A stretch of DNA of 64,000 nt from Acidimicrobiales bacterium (GCA_036491435.1 DASXBZ010000012.1:3819-67818), one strand, 5' to 3'; positions 29,352 to 39,172 are shown, numbered from the stretch's first letter. Notes: generated by a model not told the origin, from the sequence alone. Program-made: numbers and translations.

Positions 29352-30992
29352 ATGCGCGCCGTGTCGACGTCGCTCGCCGGGGCCGCCTCGGGCTCCGACT
29401 CAGACCTGCTCGACGAGGATTCGCCGTCTGCGTCATCGCCGGCTGCCGGCACCGTCCTCACTGGTCCGATGCGGATCGCCTGGTACGTGGGGCTGGCCGT
29501 GTTCGTCGTCCAGTTCATCCTGTTGGTCATCCACAGCGCCTACCTGTGGGACCACTTCGACCTGACGGCCGACTTCGGCCAGTACAGCCAAGCCTGGCAA
29601 CAGATCGCGACGGGGCACCTGAACCCGTACGACACGACGTACGCCTGGAACTACCCGCACTACGGCTATCCGTTCTACCAAGCCGACCTCGAGCTGATCA
29701 TGTGGCCGTTGTCGTTGCTGTACTGGATCTGGCACAGCGCGTTCGACCTGTTGCTCGTGCAGGACGCGGCACTGGCTGGCGCGGGCCTCGTCGCGTACCG
29801 CTGGGTGCTCGAGCATCTGGAGAACCACGCGCCTGACCGGCGCTTCGCCCTGATCGTCGGCGGGTCCGTCCTCGCCGTCCTGGTGCTGCAGCCATGGACG
29901 TACTGGGCCGGTTCGTACGACTATCACTCCGAGCCTTTGGCCACGTTCTTCTTGGTCTTGGCGGGGCGCGACCTGTGGTCGGGCCGACGACGAGGTTGGA
30001 TCTGGATCGGCTGTGTGCTCCTGTGCGGGAACGTCGCGACGTCGTACGTGGCCGCCTTGGGTGTCGCCGCTCTGATCAGCGGCCGGCACCGCTGGCGCAT
30101 GGGCCTGTTGCTGATCGGCGTCGGCGTGGTCTGGCTCGCGTTCGTCGGGCTCGTGCACTCGGGGAAGGGGGCCGCCCTGGAGGCCTACGCATACCTCGAC
30201 AACAAGACGACCGTGAACGACTCGGTCGGCGGGATCTTCACGATCGTGAAGGGGATGGTCGTCCATCCGAACATCACCGGACATGTGATCCGGAGTCGAT
30301 TCGGTGACGTCTACAATTTCGTCGGCGGGGCGGGGACGGTCGGCATCTTCTCGGCCGTCGGCGGTGCGCTGTCCGTCGCCGTCCTATTGCCGAGCGTCCT
30401 CAACTCGTCGCCCTCGTTCATCTCGGACATCGGCGGCTCCCAGAATTTCATGGCGGTGGTCGCGTGCGCGATCGGCATCGCCATGCTGGCGACCTGGCTG
30501 GCTCGCCAGGGTTCGGGCCGCGCGCCACGCTGGCGCACCGGCCTGGCTGTCTTCGCGATCGTCCTGGCCATCGGGTCCGTCGTGGAGACGGCCCTTTTCA
30601 GCGCGCACTTCACTCCCCTGTCGGGACAGACCTTCGCCAAGGTCGACGACGCGACTGCCGCACAATTGTCGGCAGTCAGCGCCAAGATCCCCAACGGGGC
30701 CGAGACCATCGTCTCCCAGGGCGTGGTCGGCCGTTTCGCCGAACGGCACGTCTTCTATCCCTACTTCGACGTGTTCGCGGACGGCCAGACGGTGCCGGTC
30801 TACGGGCGGACGGTCTACGTGGTGCTGGTGCCGCGACAGGGGATCGAGCAGGCGTCGGTGGCGGGTACCGAGGCCGCCATCGCGATGATGCGACGCCTGC
30901 ACGCTCACCCGCTGAGCGCCCGTGACGGCGTCTACGCGTTCGCCTGGGACGTGCCGAAGGGGCAGCACACCATCGTGTTCCCGCCGGGCTGA
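29352..30992 (+). CDS. polytopic membrane protein, DUF2079-like
   Basis: About 12 hydrophobic segments. N-terminal FDLTADFGQYSQAWQQIATGHLNPY matches my recollection of DUF2079. ATG 29352 chosen. Confidence 0.65.
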   Translation: MRAVSTSLAGAASGSDSDLLDEDSPSASSPAAGTVLTGPMRIAWYVGLAVFVVQFILLVIHSAYLWDHFDLTADFGQYSQAWQQIATGHLNPYDTTYAWNYPHYGYPFYQADLELIMWPLSLLYWIWHSAFDLLLVQDAALAGAGLVAYRWVLEHLENHAPDRRFALIVGGSVLAVLVLQPWTYWAGSYDYHSEPLATFFLVLAGRDLWSGRRRGWIWIGCVLLCGNVATSYVAALGVAALISGRHRWRMGLLLIGVGVVWLAFVGLVHSGKGAALEAYAYLDNKTTVNDSVGGIFTIVKGMVVHPNITGHVIRSRFGDVYNFVGGAGTVGIFSAVGGALSVAVLLPSVLNSSPSFISDIGGSQNFMAVVACAIGIAMLATWLARQGSGRAPRWRTGLAVFAIVLAIGSVVETALFSAHFTPLSGQTFAKVDDATAAQLSAVSAKIPNGAETIVSQGVVGRFAERHVFYPYFDVFADGQTVPVYGRTVYVVLVPRQGIEQASVAGTEAAIAMMRRLHAHPLSARDGVYAFAWDVPKGQHTIVFPPG

Positions 30993-31026
30993 CCACCCGG
31001 CGTCGCTCGGCGTGGGGCGTTCGGGC

Positions 31027-32673
31027 TCAGCCGGAGTGCAGCCTGCGGCCGTTCAGCCGTTTGTGGATGCCCTTCGTCTCCTTGTAGAGGTTGACGAACT
31101 CCTTGAGGAGTTCCGCGTAGACGGCCGCCGTCGTCGGATCAGGCTCGTACGTCGCCTTGATGCGCACGGTGCCCGGGATGTCACCGAGCGTGATGTGTCC
31201 CAAGGCAAGAAGTGTGAGCAAGCCGGCGCCCCGCACGTTTGCGAGGACGGGGTCCTCGGTCTGGCGGATCGTACGGCTAAGAGCGTCAGCGTGGATCTGG
31301 CACCACAGGTCGGAGTTCGCACCTCCCCCGATGAAGGCGAGCGACTCGAACCGCTTCTTGCAGAACTTCTCGACCGGGTCGAGCAACCAGGCGGAGTTAA
31401 GAGCCACGCCTTCGAAGACGGCGCGGACCATATCGGCCCGGGTGGAGGACAGCGAGAGATTGTGGAACCCGCCCCGGATGGTGTGGTCGTCGACGGGCGT
31501 CCGCTCGCCGTTGAGCCAGGGCGTGAAAAGAGCGCCGTGAGCGCCCGGCGGGACGCACGCTGCAACGTCGTTTAGGAGAGGGAAGAAGTTGTCGGGGGCC
31601 GCGACGTCACCCAGCGCGTCGTGGGGAAACGCCATGGCGTCTCGGAACCACGTCAGGCACGCTCCGCCGGTCTCGTGCTCGTCCGCCACCACGTAGCGGC
31701 CCGGCAAGCCGGACGGAATGGAGGCGACGTTGGTGAGCGCGTCCGTCTTCTTGAACGGCACGTGGCAGCTGATCCAGCTCGACGTGCCGATGTAGAGGTG
31801 CGCGTCGAAGTCCCCGACCGCGCCGGATCCCACAGCCGCCGAGTGCAGGTCGCCCGTACCCGCGACAACCGGGGTGCCGGGCAGCAGGCCGAGCTCATCC
31901 GCCGCCGTAGCCGACAACCCCCCGAGGACGCTGCCGGTCGGCACGAGGTCGGGCAGTTTCGCCCGCTCGAGACCAGCGAGCTCGATCAAACCCTCGTCGT
32001 AGTGGATGTCGTTGATGTCGCGGTTGTCGGTGACCCAGTGCGCGGTGATGGAGTCGTGCGACGCTCGCGCCAACCCGGTGAGACGCAGATTCAGATAGTC
32101 GACGGGCTCGAGGAACACCGCCGTGGCCCGGTAGACGTCGGGTCGTTGGTCATGCAGGAAGTGGATGTGACCGACCGGGTCCTTGCCCGACAGGCTGGGG
32201 ATGGCGCCGGTCTTTCGCACCCAGCGGGCCAACTTCGAGGCCGAGTACCCCTGGATGTTGAGCGCTCCCCGGACCTTCTCGCGGACCGCATGGGCCCCCC
32301 GCGAATCCATCCAGATGATCGCCGGCTCGATTGCGGCACCGTCCTTGTCGACGGGAACCGTACCGAGCCATTGCGAGGTGCAACCGATCCCGACGATTCG
32401 CTCGGGCGCAACGTCGCTCTCCTGCAGTGCCGCCCGAGCCGACGCGACGACTGCGGCCCACCACTCCTGTGGGGATTGCTCGGCGCCGCCGTCCTCGGTG
32501 AGATGGATCCCTACCGCCTGAAAGGCGTGGGCGGCGACACGTCCGGTCGCCGAAAGGATTGCCGCCTTCGGGCCGCCCGTCCCCAGGTCGACGGCGAGGA
32601 CGTACGTCGATTCCGCCGGCCCCGGTTCGATAGGTCGGAGCTCGGTCGGACCCGTCGCGGACATGGCGGGCAA
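31027..32673 (-). CDS. FGGY-family carbohydrate kinase (xylulokinase-like)
   Basis: YVLAVDLGTGGPKAAI, GTSSWISCH, IGGGANSDLWCQIHADAL. Confidence 0.85.
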   Translation of the reverse strand: MPAMSATGPTELRPIEPGPAESTYVLAVDLGTGGPKAAILSATGRVAAHAFQAVGIHLTEDGGAEQSPQEWWAAVVASARAALQESDVAPERIVGIGCTSQWLGTVPVDKDGAAIEPAIIWMDSRGAHAVREKVRGALNIQGYSASKLARWVRKTGAIPSLSGKDPVGHIHFLHDQRPDVYRATAVFLEPVDYLNLRLTGLARASHDSITAHWVTDNRDINDIHYDEGLIELAGLERAKLPDLVPTGSVLGGLSATAADELGLLPGTPVVAGTGDLHSAAVGSGAVGDFDAHLYIGTSSWISCHVPFKKTDALTNVASIPSGLPGRYVVADEHETGGACLTWFRDAMAFPHDALGDVAAPDNFFPLLNDVAACVPPGAHGALFTPWLNGERTPVDDHTIRGGFHNLSLSSTRADMVRAVFEGVALNSAWLLDPVEKFCKKRFESLAFIGGGANSDLWCQIHADALSRTIRQTEDPVLANVRGAGLLTLLALGHITLGDIPGTVRIKATYEPDPTTAAVYAELLKEFVNLYKETKGIHKRLNGRRLHSG

Positions 32674-32776
32674 GCGTACCCAGCGGTGCCCCGGACCTCC
32701 CGATTAAGGGAAGCCGTGGTACCGCCGGGTCGCTCCGCCCCACCGACCAGCGACCAGCGGACTGGTCGGCGATCGG

Positions 32777-33340
32777 TCAGTCAGCCAGCGAGGCCTCGAC
32801 TTCGAGCTCGATGACGACCTTGTTCCCGACCACGACGCTGCCGTCGAGCAGCGAGTGGTTGAAGCTGACGCCGAAGTCGCGCCGGTCGATCTCAGCGGTC
32901 GCCTCGAACGCCACGACGGTCTTGCCCTCCTGCATGGATGGGCCCTCGCCCAGGTACTCAATGTGGAAGTCCACCGGCTTGGTGACGCCACGGATGGTCA
33001 GTTCACCCGTCATCACCCAGTGGGCGTCGTCCTCCCGCCGCAGGCCCACGCTTGTCAGGCTCAGGGTCGGGTAGTTCGGGACGTCCAGGAAGTCGTTGGT
33101 GCGCAGGTGGTCGTCACGCATCGAGTTGCCCGTGTTGATGCTCGAGGCCTCTACCTCGGCCTTCAGCGTGGACTCTTCGGGGTTCTCGGCCACCGTGAAG
33201 GTGCCGGACACCTCGGTGAAGCGGCCACGTACCTTGGTCCCGACCAGGTGCCGGGAGATGAAGCCGACCTCGGTGTGGGCCGGGTCGATCACGTAGGTCC
33301 CTGTCCGGGGAAGGGTGGAAATTGTGCTCTGGCTGGTCAT
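32777..33340 (-). CDS. YceI-family periplasmic/lipid-binding protein
   Basis: YVIDPAHTEVGFISRHLVGTKVRGRF...GELTIRGVTKPV. ATG 33340 preferred because a GGAGG lies 8 nt upstream. The longest ORF starts at 33355. Confidence 0.85.
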   Translation of the reverse strand: MTSQSTISTLPRTGTYVIDPAHTEVGFISRHLVGTKVRGRFTEVSGTFTVAENPEESTLKAEVEASSINTGNSMRDDHLRTNDFLDVPNYPTLSLTSVGLRREDDAHWVMTGELTIRGVTKPVDFHIEYLGEGPSMQEGKTVVAFEATAEIDRRDFGVSFNHSLLDGSVVVGNKVVIELEVEASLAD

Positions 33341-33357
33341 TTCTGTTGCCTCCATGT

Positions 33358-33414
33358 TTGATTGAACGACTACTGATGTTATAATATCTGAGTAAACAGA
33401 TACTTGTCAATCAA
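33358..33414. promoter_or_regulatory. AT-rich divergent promoter/operator region with nested dyads
   Basis: TTGATTGA (33358-33365) and TCAATCAA (33407-33414) form an inverted repeat. Inner near-palindrome GATGTTATAATATC (33375-33388) contains TATAAT (33380-33385). Confidence 0.5.
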
Positions 33415-33525
33415 CCATACTCAGAGACGAGACATTCCCGAACCGCCTCCCGAGCACACATTCCAGGGCCCGCCTCAAGGAAAGTGCAGCAAGGCGGGTG
33501 GTTTTCGGGAGAGACTGGATAGGCA

Positions 33526-34065
33526 ATGGCGACAACCACGGCGACAAGCCAAGGCGGCGAGCACAACGGCGTCGACGACCAGGGCCCGGCCGAGGCCGGC
33601 GGAGGCAACTCCTGTGGCGTCCTCGGTCAGATCGACGACGAGCGTCTCCACCTCATGGGTCTCATCATCCGCTCGCACCGCCTCCTCACCGACCGGCTCG
33701 GGCGGGAGCTGGAGCAGGACGTCGGGATCCCCCTGGTCTTCTTCGACGTCCTGATCAACGTCGGCGCCGCGCCGGACGGCCGCGTCACCATGAGCCGCCT
33801 CAGCAACGACATCGCACTCACGACGGGCGGCGTCACCCGCCTCGTCGACCGCATGGCCGAGGCCGGCCTCGTCGAGCGCCAGGCCTGTCCGAACGACCGC
33901 CGAAGCATCCACGTGATCCTCACGCCGGAGGGCCGCGCTGTCCTCGACCGGGCCGTTGCTGCGCACATGGAGGGCATCGACCGCCACCTCATGGCGCACC
34001 TCAGCGACAAGGACCGCGCCAACCTCGCCACGGCCCTCACGAAGATCCTTACGGGCGGCGCCTGA
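33526..34065 (+). CDS. MarR-family transcriptional regulator
   Basis: Winged HTH MSRLSNDIALTTGGVTRLVDRMAEAGLVERQACPNDRRSIHVILTPEG. Confidence 0.9.
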   Translation: MATTTATSQGGEHNGVDDQGPAEAGGGNSCGVLGQIDDERLHLMGLIIRSHRLLTDRLGRELEQDVGIPLVFFDVLINVGAAPDGRVTMSRLSNDIALTTGGVTRLVDRMAEAGLVERQACPNDRRSIHVILTPEGRAVLDRAVAAHMEGIDRHLMAHLSDKDRANLATALTKILTGGA

Positions 34066-35353
34066 CCCCTCGCTGCACCGACGCAGCACCGCTCCCCCGC
34101 CGGACCTTCTGCTCCGACTTTCGCGGCGCCGTCACGCGTGTCCACAGGGGCGAGGGCCGCGAGGTCATGACCCGGCCGCTCGGCGCGACGAAGGTGAGCT
34201 CACCGTTTCCGTTCCCGGACAGCTGCCAGCTCTTGGAGTGGATCAGATGGTGGTGGTGCTCGCAGAGCAGCGCAAGGTTGTCCAGATCCGTGCGGCCGTG
34301 GTCGCGTCTCCACCATTTGATGTGGTGCGGATTGACGAAGATGGCGTTGGGGCAACTGGGGAAACGGCAGTGACGGTCACGGCGCCAGAGTTCGCGGCGC
34401 TGGGTCGGGGTCGGATCTCGTCGGGCCCGCCCCTCGTACATCGTGTGCCCGACGTCGTCGTCGAGTGCGACCACGAGGGTGGCGTCGCACGCCAACCGCC
34501 GGGCGACCTCAGCGTCGATGAGGCCCCGGTGCTCGAGCTCGCCGCACAGGGCGCTGTCCTCATCGGTGAGTGAAGCGAGCGGCACGTGGGCCACGACGAG
34601 GTAGGGGCTGGGCGCCGGCTCCAGTGATGCGGCGTCGACGTTGTCGGCCTTTCGAGGCCCGGAACGGCGCCTGCGTCCACTACCGCCGCCGGCACGTAGG
34701 AGCGACACGAGCGCGTCGGCGAGGCGCTGGTCCCAACGGGTCTCGCCGTCGGAGGCGATGCCCCGTGCAGTCGCTTCGAGGCCGGCGCGCACCTCGGCGT
34801 ACGAGGCTTCGGGCAGCTGGGCGGTCATCGTGCGAGATGCGTCGTTGAAGCGCACGGAACGCGCCGCGTGTTCGCTCGCCGCCTTGGAGCCATCGGACGT
34901 GGCCGAGGCCGAGACATCGGCGTCGGCCTTCGCCAGCTCGGCGAGCTGGCGTACGGAGCACTCGGACGCCTGCGCCACGTAGGCGTGCTCCGATTCGGGG
35001 GTGGCCGCGTCGACGACGGCGCGCACCTGGTCGAAGCTGAGCGCACCGGCGCAGAGGCCGCCGGCGAGCTTCGGCAGGTTGGAAAGACGGGTGCCGACGT
35101 GCGACCAGGCTCGGGCGGTGGCCGCCGACACGTTGCAGCGTTCCGACAGCCAGGCCTCGAGGCTGGTGGCACCCTCAGCGCGCCAGCCTTCACGGCGATC
35201 GAGCTCCGCGGCCAGCAAGACGATGCGCCCCGCCAGGGAGGCCAGGTGTCGGGAGGCCTCGGCCGCCTCTTCCATCAGTTCGTTAGTGGAGAGCTTGGCG
35301 ATCGCCGCGACGACGGAAGCCGGGGAGGTCGGAGGAGCGCTGACGTTCGACAC
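34049..35353 (-). CDS. DUF222 + HNH endonuclease-domain protein (13E12-repeat-like family)
   Basis: N-terminal DUF222-like region (AELDRREGWRAEGATSLEAWL). C-terminal HNH CRFPSC...NPHHIKWW...DNLALLCEHHHHLIH. Confidence 0.85.
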   Translation of the reverse strand: MSNVSAPPTSPASVVAAIAKLSTNELMEEAAEASRHLASLAGRIVLLAAELDRREGWRAEGATSLEAWLSERCNVSAATARAWSHVGTRLSNLPKLAGGLCAGALSFDQVRAVVDAATPESEHAYVAQASECSVRQLAELAKADADVSASATSDGSKAASEHAARSVRFNDASRTMTAQLPEASYAEVRAGLEATARGIASDGETRWDQRLADALVSLLRAGGGSGRRRRSGPRKADNVDAASLEPAPSPYLVVAHVPLASLTDEDSALCGELEHRGLIDAEVARRLACDATLVVALDDDVGHTMYEGRARRDPTPTQRRELWRRDRHCRFPSCPNAIFVNPHHIKWWRRDHGRTDLDNLALLCEHHHHLIHSKSWQLSGNGNGELTFVAPSGRVMTSRPSPLWTRVTAPRKSEQKVRRGSGAASVQRGVRRRP

Positions 35354-35422
35354 CGACGGCGAACGGTCGCAGCGGCGGACGATGATCGTGCGGCGGGCAA
35401 GAAATCCGCTACGGGATGTTGC

Positions 35423-38400
35423 TCAGCCCTCGGTCTGGGTCTCGTCCTTCTGCAGCCAGACCCGGGCGGGCACCGAGCCGTCGAGGTCCTCGAGTTCGAG
35501 GACGGTCCCGTCACCGGGGCCGGGCTCGGTGAGGATCTCGGTGGCCAACACCTCGCGGGCGATGAAGTCGAAGTGCTCGGCGATGATGTCGAGCCCGACC
35601 AGGCGCAGCGTGATGCGATCGGAGACCTCGAGGCCGCTGGTCTTGCGCAGGTCCTGCACCAGGCGGACGACCTCCCGGGCCAGGCCGCGCTTGCGGAGGG
35701 ATTCGTTCATGGTGAGGTCGAGCGCGACGACTTCGCCGCTCTCCCGGGAGACGGCAAAGCCTTCCTGGCCGCGGACCCGGAGCTGCACGTCCTCAGGCGA
35801 GAGGGTGATGGGCTCGCCGGCGAGCGTCACCGTGATGGAGCGGCCGGCCTCCAGCTCCTCCGCGGCGACGGCCCCGTCGAGCGCCACCAGCGCCGCCTTG
35901 AGGTCCTTCGCCCGCTCACCGAGGCGAGGGCCGAGGGTGCGGAAGTTCGGGGCGAGGTCGAACTGGATGACGTCGCTGAGTTCGTCGCCGGTGTCGATCT
36001 CGTCGACGTTCAGCTCGTCGGCGACGATGTCGCGGAGGATCTCGGGCGCGTCGGCCGGCAGGAACACCAGTGCGCGGGCGAGCGGCTGGCGCACCTTGAC
36101 GCCGGCCTCGCTTCGGGCGGCACGACCGAGCGACGTGAGGCGACGGGCCAGCGCCATCTGCGCCTCGAGGTCCGGGTCGATCAGCGCCGAGTTCGCGGTC
36201 GGCCAGTCCTCGAGGTGCACCGACTGCGTCTCGTCGGCGCCGGTGAGGTGACGCCACAACGTGTCCGCCACGAAGGGGCACAGCGGCGCCAGCAACAACG
36301 ACAATTCGGTCAGGACGGTGTGCAGCGTCGCCTGGGCGGCGAGCGTGTCGCCGGGCGGCGCGTCCGGGTCGGTGCGCCAGAAGCGACGCCGGCTGCGTCG
36401 GACGTACCAATTGGAGAGGTCGTCGACCAGGGAGCCGAGGGCGGTGGCGGCATCGAGCGGCTCGTAGCCCCGCAGGGCGTCGGTCACCTGGGCCGTCGTG
36501 CTGGCGAGGCGGGACAGGACCCAACGGTCGAGCGGTCCACGGTCAGCGGCGGCGGGGATCGACGCGTCGGCGGGATCGAAGTCGTTGAGCGACGCGTACG
36601 TCGAGAAGAAGCTGAAGGTGTTCCAGAGCGTGAGCAGCATGTCGCGCATCGCCGTGTCGATGGCGGCCATGGAGGCGCGCGTCGGCGTCCACGGAGAGCC
36701 CTGGCTGAACATCCACCAGCGCATGGCGTCGGCGCCGCGGGTGTCGAGGATCTTCCAGGGATCGATGATGTTGCCCAACGACTTGGACATCTTGCGACCG
36801 TCGGCGTCGATGATGTGCCCCAGGCAGACCACGTGGCGGTAGGGGCTCTCGCCGAAGACCAGCACGTTGACGGCCAGCAGCGAATAGAACCACCCGCGGG
36901 TCTGGTCGATCGCCTCCGAGATGAAGTCGGCCGGGAACGTGAAGGCCTCCGCCGACGACGGCGTGTGGGGATAGCCCACCTGGGCCGCCGGCATCGAGCC
37001 CGAATCGAACCAGGCGTCGATCACCGGCTCCACCCGCCGGGACACGGCGAGCTCGTCGTCAAAGCCCTCGGCGGCGCAGGACGCGCACGCGAACGTGACC
37101 TCGTCGATGGTCGGCCGGTGCGGATCGATCCCGGTCACGTCCCGCCCGGTTAGGTCCGACAACTCGGCCAGCGAGCCCACGCAGCGGAGGTGACCACGGC
37201 CGCACCGCCAGATCGGCAGCGGCGTGCCCCAGAAGCGGTCGCGCGACAACGCCCAGTCGACGTTGTTCGCCAGCCACTCGCCGAAGCGGCCGTCCTTGAT
37301 GTAGCCGGGATGCCAGTCGACCGTCTGGTTCGCGGCCAGGAGGTCGTCCTTGCGCGTCGACGTCGCGATGTACCAGCTGGGCTTGCCCCAGTAGATGAGC
37401 GGGGTCCGGCACCGCCAGCAGTGCGGGTACGAGTGCACGTAGGGGAAGCGGCGGATGAGGAACCCGGTCTCTTCGAGCCGGTCGTTGATGTCGTGGTTGG
37501 CCTCGCGCACGTCGCGTCCCGCCAGCCACCCGATCTCCGCGGTGAAGCGCCCGTCGGGCCCGACCGGGTTGAGGGTGGGCAACCCGTTCTCGCGCCCGAT
37601 CTGGCGGTCGACCTCACCGAAGGCCGGGGCGAGGTGCACGAGCCCGGTGCCTTCCTCGGTCGTCACATACGCAGCGGGCACGACCCGCCAGCCGTCGGCA
37701 CCGGCACCGTGCGGCGCATCGAGGTCGTCGAACGGGCGCACGTAATGCATCCCCACCAGCGACGAGCCCGGCAGACGCGTCGTCACGCGGGCGCTGGCGC
37801 CGTCGCCCATCACGGCGTCGACCAGCTCGTCCGCCACCACCACCTGGTCGACGACCGCGTACGTCAGGTCGGGATTGACCGCCACGCCGGTGTTGGACAA
37901 GAGGGTCCAGGGCGTGGTCGTCCAGACCGCGAGCCACCGTGCGTCGCCGACGACCCCGGGGTCGGGGTCGACCAGGGGAAGGCGCACGTAGGCGGACTCG
38001 TCCTCCTCGTCGCGGTAGACGTCCTCCTGGCCGAGCTCGTGACTGGACAGCGCCGTGCCGCAGCGGGGGCAGTACGGCACCACCTTGAGGTCCTCGTAGA
38101 GCAGCCCCTGGTCGAAGAGCTTCTGGAGATGCCACCAGACCGACTCGATGTAGGACGGGTTCAGCGTCCAGTAGGCGTCACCCATGTCGACCCAGTAGCC
38201 GATGCGGGTGGTGAGGCGCTCGAACTCGTCGACGTAGGAATAGACCGACTCACGGCAGAGGCGCGTGAACTCGGCGATGCCCACCTGTTCTTCGATCTGT
38301 TGCTTGCCCGTGATCCCGAGCTGTTTCTCCACCTCGACCTCGACCGGGAGCCCGTGGGTGTCCCAGCCGGCGCGACGGGCCACGTACGAGCCGTCCATCG

Positions 38401-38686
38401 TCCGGAAGCGGCAGAAGAGGTCCTTGTAGACCCTCGCCCAGACGTGGTGGAGGCCCGGGATGCCGTTGGCCGTCGGAGGCCCCTCGTAGAAGACCCACGG
38501 CGGTGCCCCCTTCCGCTGCTCCATCGACCGCTCGAAGACGCGCTGGGTGGCCCAACGGGCCAATTCGGCCTGTTCGAGGCCTACGAAGTCGATGTCGGGG
38601 GGTACGGGCGAGAACACGGAAGGGGTGGCGATCGGGGGTTCAGGAACGAACGCCCCGGCGTCTCGGAAAGGATAGAGGGTATGCAT
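35423..38686 (-). CDS. ileS: isoleucine--tRNA ligase
   Basis: HIGH-type PTANGIPGLHHVW, KMSKSLGN, CP1 editing region. Actinobacterial-type length of 1087 aa. Start uncertain: ATG 38686 or GTG 38617. Confidence 0.95.
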   Translation of the reverse strand: MHTLYPFRDAGAFVPEPPIATPSVFSPVPPDIDFVGLEQAELARWATQRVFERSMEQRKGAPPWVFYEGPPTANGIPGLHHVWARVYKDLFCRFRTMDGSYVARRAGWDTHGLPVEVEVEKQLGITGKQQIEEQVGIAEFTRLCRESVYSYVDEFERLTTRIGYWVDMGDAYWTLNPSYIESVWWHLQKLFDQGLLYEDLKVVPYCPRCGTALSSHELGQEDVYRDEEDESAYVRLPLVDPDPGVVGDARWLAVWTTTPWTLLSNTGVAVNPDLTYAVVDQVVVADELVDAVMGDGASARVTTRLPGSSLVGMHYVRPFDDLDAPHGAGADGWRVVPAAYVTTEEGTGLVHLAPAFGEVDRQIGRENGLPTLNPVGPDGRFTAEIGWLAGRDVREANHDINDRLEETGFLIRRFPYVHSYPHCWRCRTPLIYWGKPSWYIATSTRKDDLLAANQTVDWHPGYIKDGRFGEWLANNVDWALSRDRFWGTPLPIWRCGRGHLRCVGSLAELSDLTGRDVTGIDPHRPTIDEVTFACASCAAEGFDDELAVSRRVEPVIDAWFDSGSMPAAQVGYPHTPSSAEAFTFPADFISEAIDQTRGWFYSLLAVNVLVFGESPYRHVVCLGHIIDADGRKMSKSLGNIIDPWKILDTRGADAMRWWMFSQGSPWTPTRASMAAIDTAMRDMLLTLWNTFSFFSTYASLNDFDPADASIPAAADRGPLDRWVLSRLASTTAQVTDALRGYEPLDAATALGSLVDDLSNWYVRRSRRRFWRTDPDAPPGDTLAAQATLHTVLTELSLLLAPLCPFVADTLWRHLTGADETQSVHLEDWPTANSALIDPDLEAQMALARRLTSLGRAARSEAGVKVRQPLARALVFLPADAPEILRDIVADELNVDEIDTGDELSDVIQFDLAPNFRTLGPRLGERAKDLKAALVALDGAVAAEELEAGRSITVTLAGEPITLSPEDVQLRVRGQEGFAVSRESGEVVALDLTMNESLRKRGLAREVVRLVQDLRKTSGLEVSDRITLRLVGLDIIAEHFDFIAREVLATEILTEPGPGDGTVLELEDLDGSVPARVWLQKDETQTEG

Positions 38687-39172
38687 CCCTCTGCTTTCGC
38701 CATCTCGTTGCGGGCGGAGCCCTACGGGTCGGAGGGTCCACGCTGGGTCGTGGCACAGGCCGAGGCGGAGCTCGTGGCGCGCTACGGCGGACTGGACGAC
38801 GGGGAGCGCGGACTGACCGCCGCCATGTTCGACCCCCCGACGGGCGTCTTCCTCGTCGCCCGCACGGAGAGCCGATCAGAACCGGTCGGCGGTGTCGGGC
38901 TCCGCACCGTGGCCACAGGAACGGGAGAGGTCCGCCGTCTGTGGGTCGACCCCGCGTGGCGAGGACGGGGCATCGGACGGGACCTGATGGCGGGCCTCGA
39001 AGAGGCGGCGGCACGTGACCTCGCCCTCCCTGTCCTGCGGCTCGCAACCGGTGACCGCCAGCCCGAGGCGGTGGCGCTCTACCAGGCCACGGGGTGGGAG
39101 CGCGTCTTCGTCACGCCCGAGGGAGCGCCGCTCCCGGCCGGTTGGATCCGGTTCAGAAAGGTCGTCGACTGA
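38681..39172 (+). CDS. GNAT-family N-acetyltransferase
   Basis: RRLWVDPAWRGRGIGRDLMAGLEEAA acetyl-CoA motif. AAGGA RBS 9 nt upstream of ATG 38681. Confidence 0.85.
   Translation: MHPSAFAISLRAEPYGSEGPRWVVAQAEAELVARYGGLDDGERGLTAAMFDPPTGVFLVARTESRSEPVGGVGLRTVATGTGEVRRLWVDPAWRGRGIGRDLMAGLEEAAARDLALPVLRLATGDRQPEAVALYQATGWERVFVTPEGAPLPAGWIRFRKVVD

Noticed and set aside
34868-38680. 761-aa and 660-aa plus-strand ORFs (34868-37153 and the 5' part of 37190-39172)
   Set aside because: They are antisense to ileS. Only the last 164 codons of the second ORF (from ATG 38681) look like a real GNAT gene.
38687-39000. T-box riboswitch leader for ileS
   Set aside because: I could not find the conserved T-box sequence (reverse complement would read CGCGGTRCCACC). 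The region is occupied by a well-formed GNAT coding frame.
38681-39172. GNAT toxin of an Ile-tRNA-acetylating toxin-antitoxin pair, suggested by its position next to ileS
   Set aside because: There is no small RHH or DUF1778-type antitoxin gene adjacent. The downstream gene is MTHFR-like, and the sequence looks like an ordinary GNAT.
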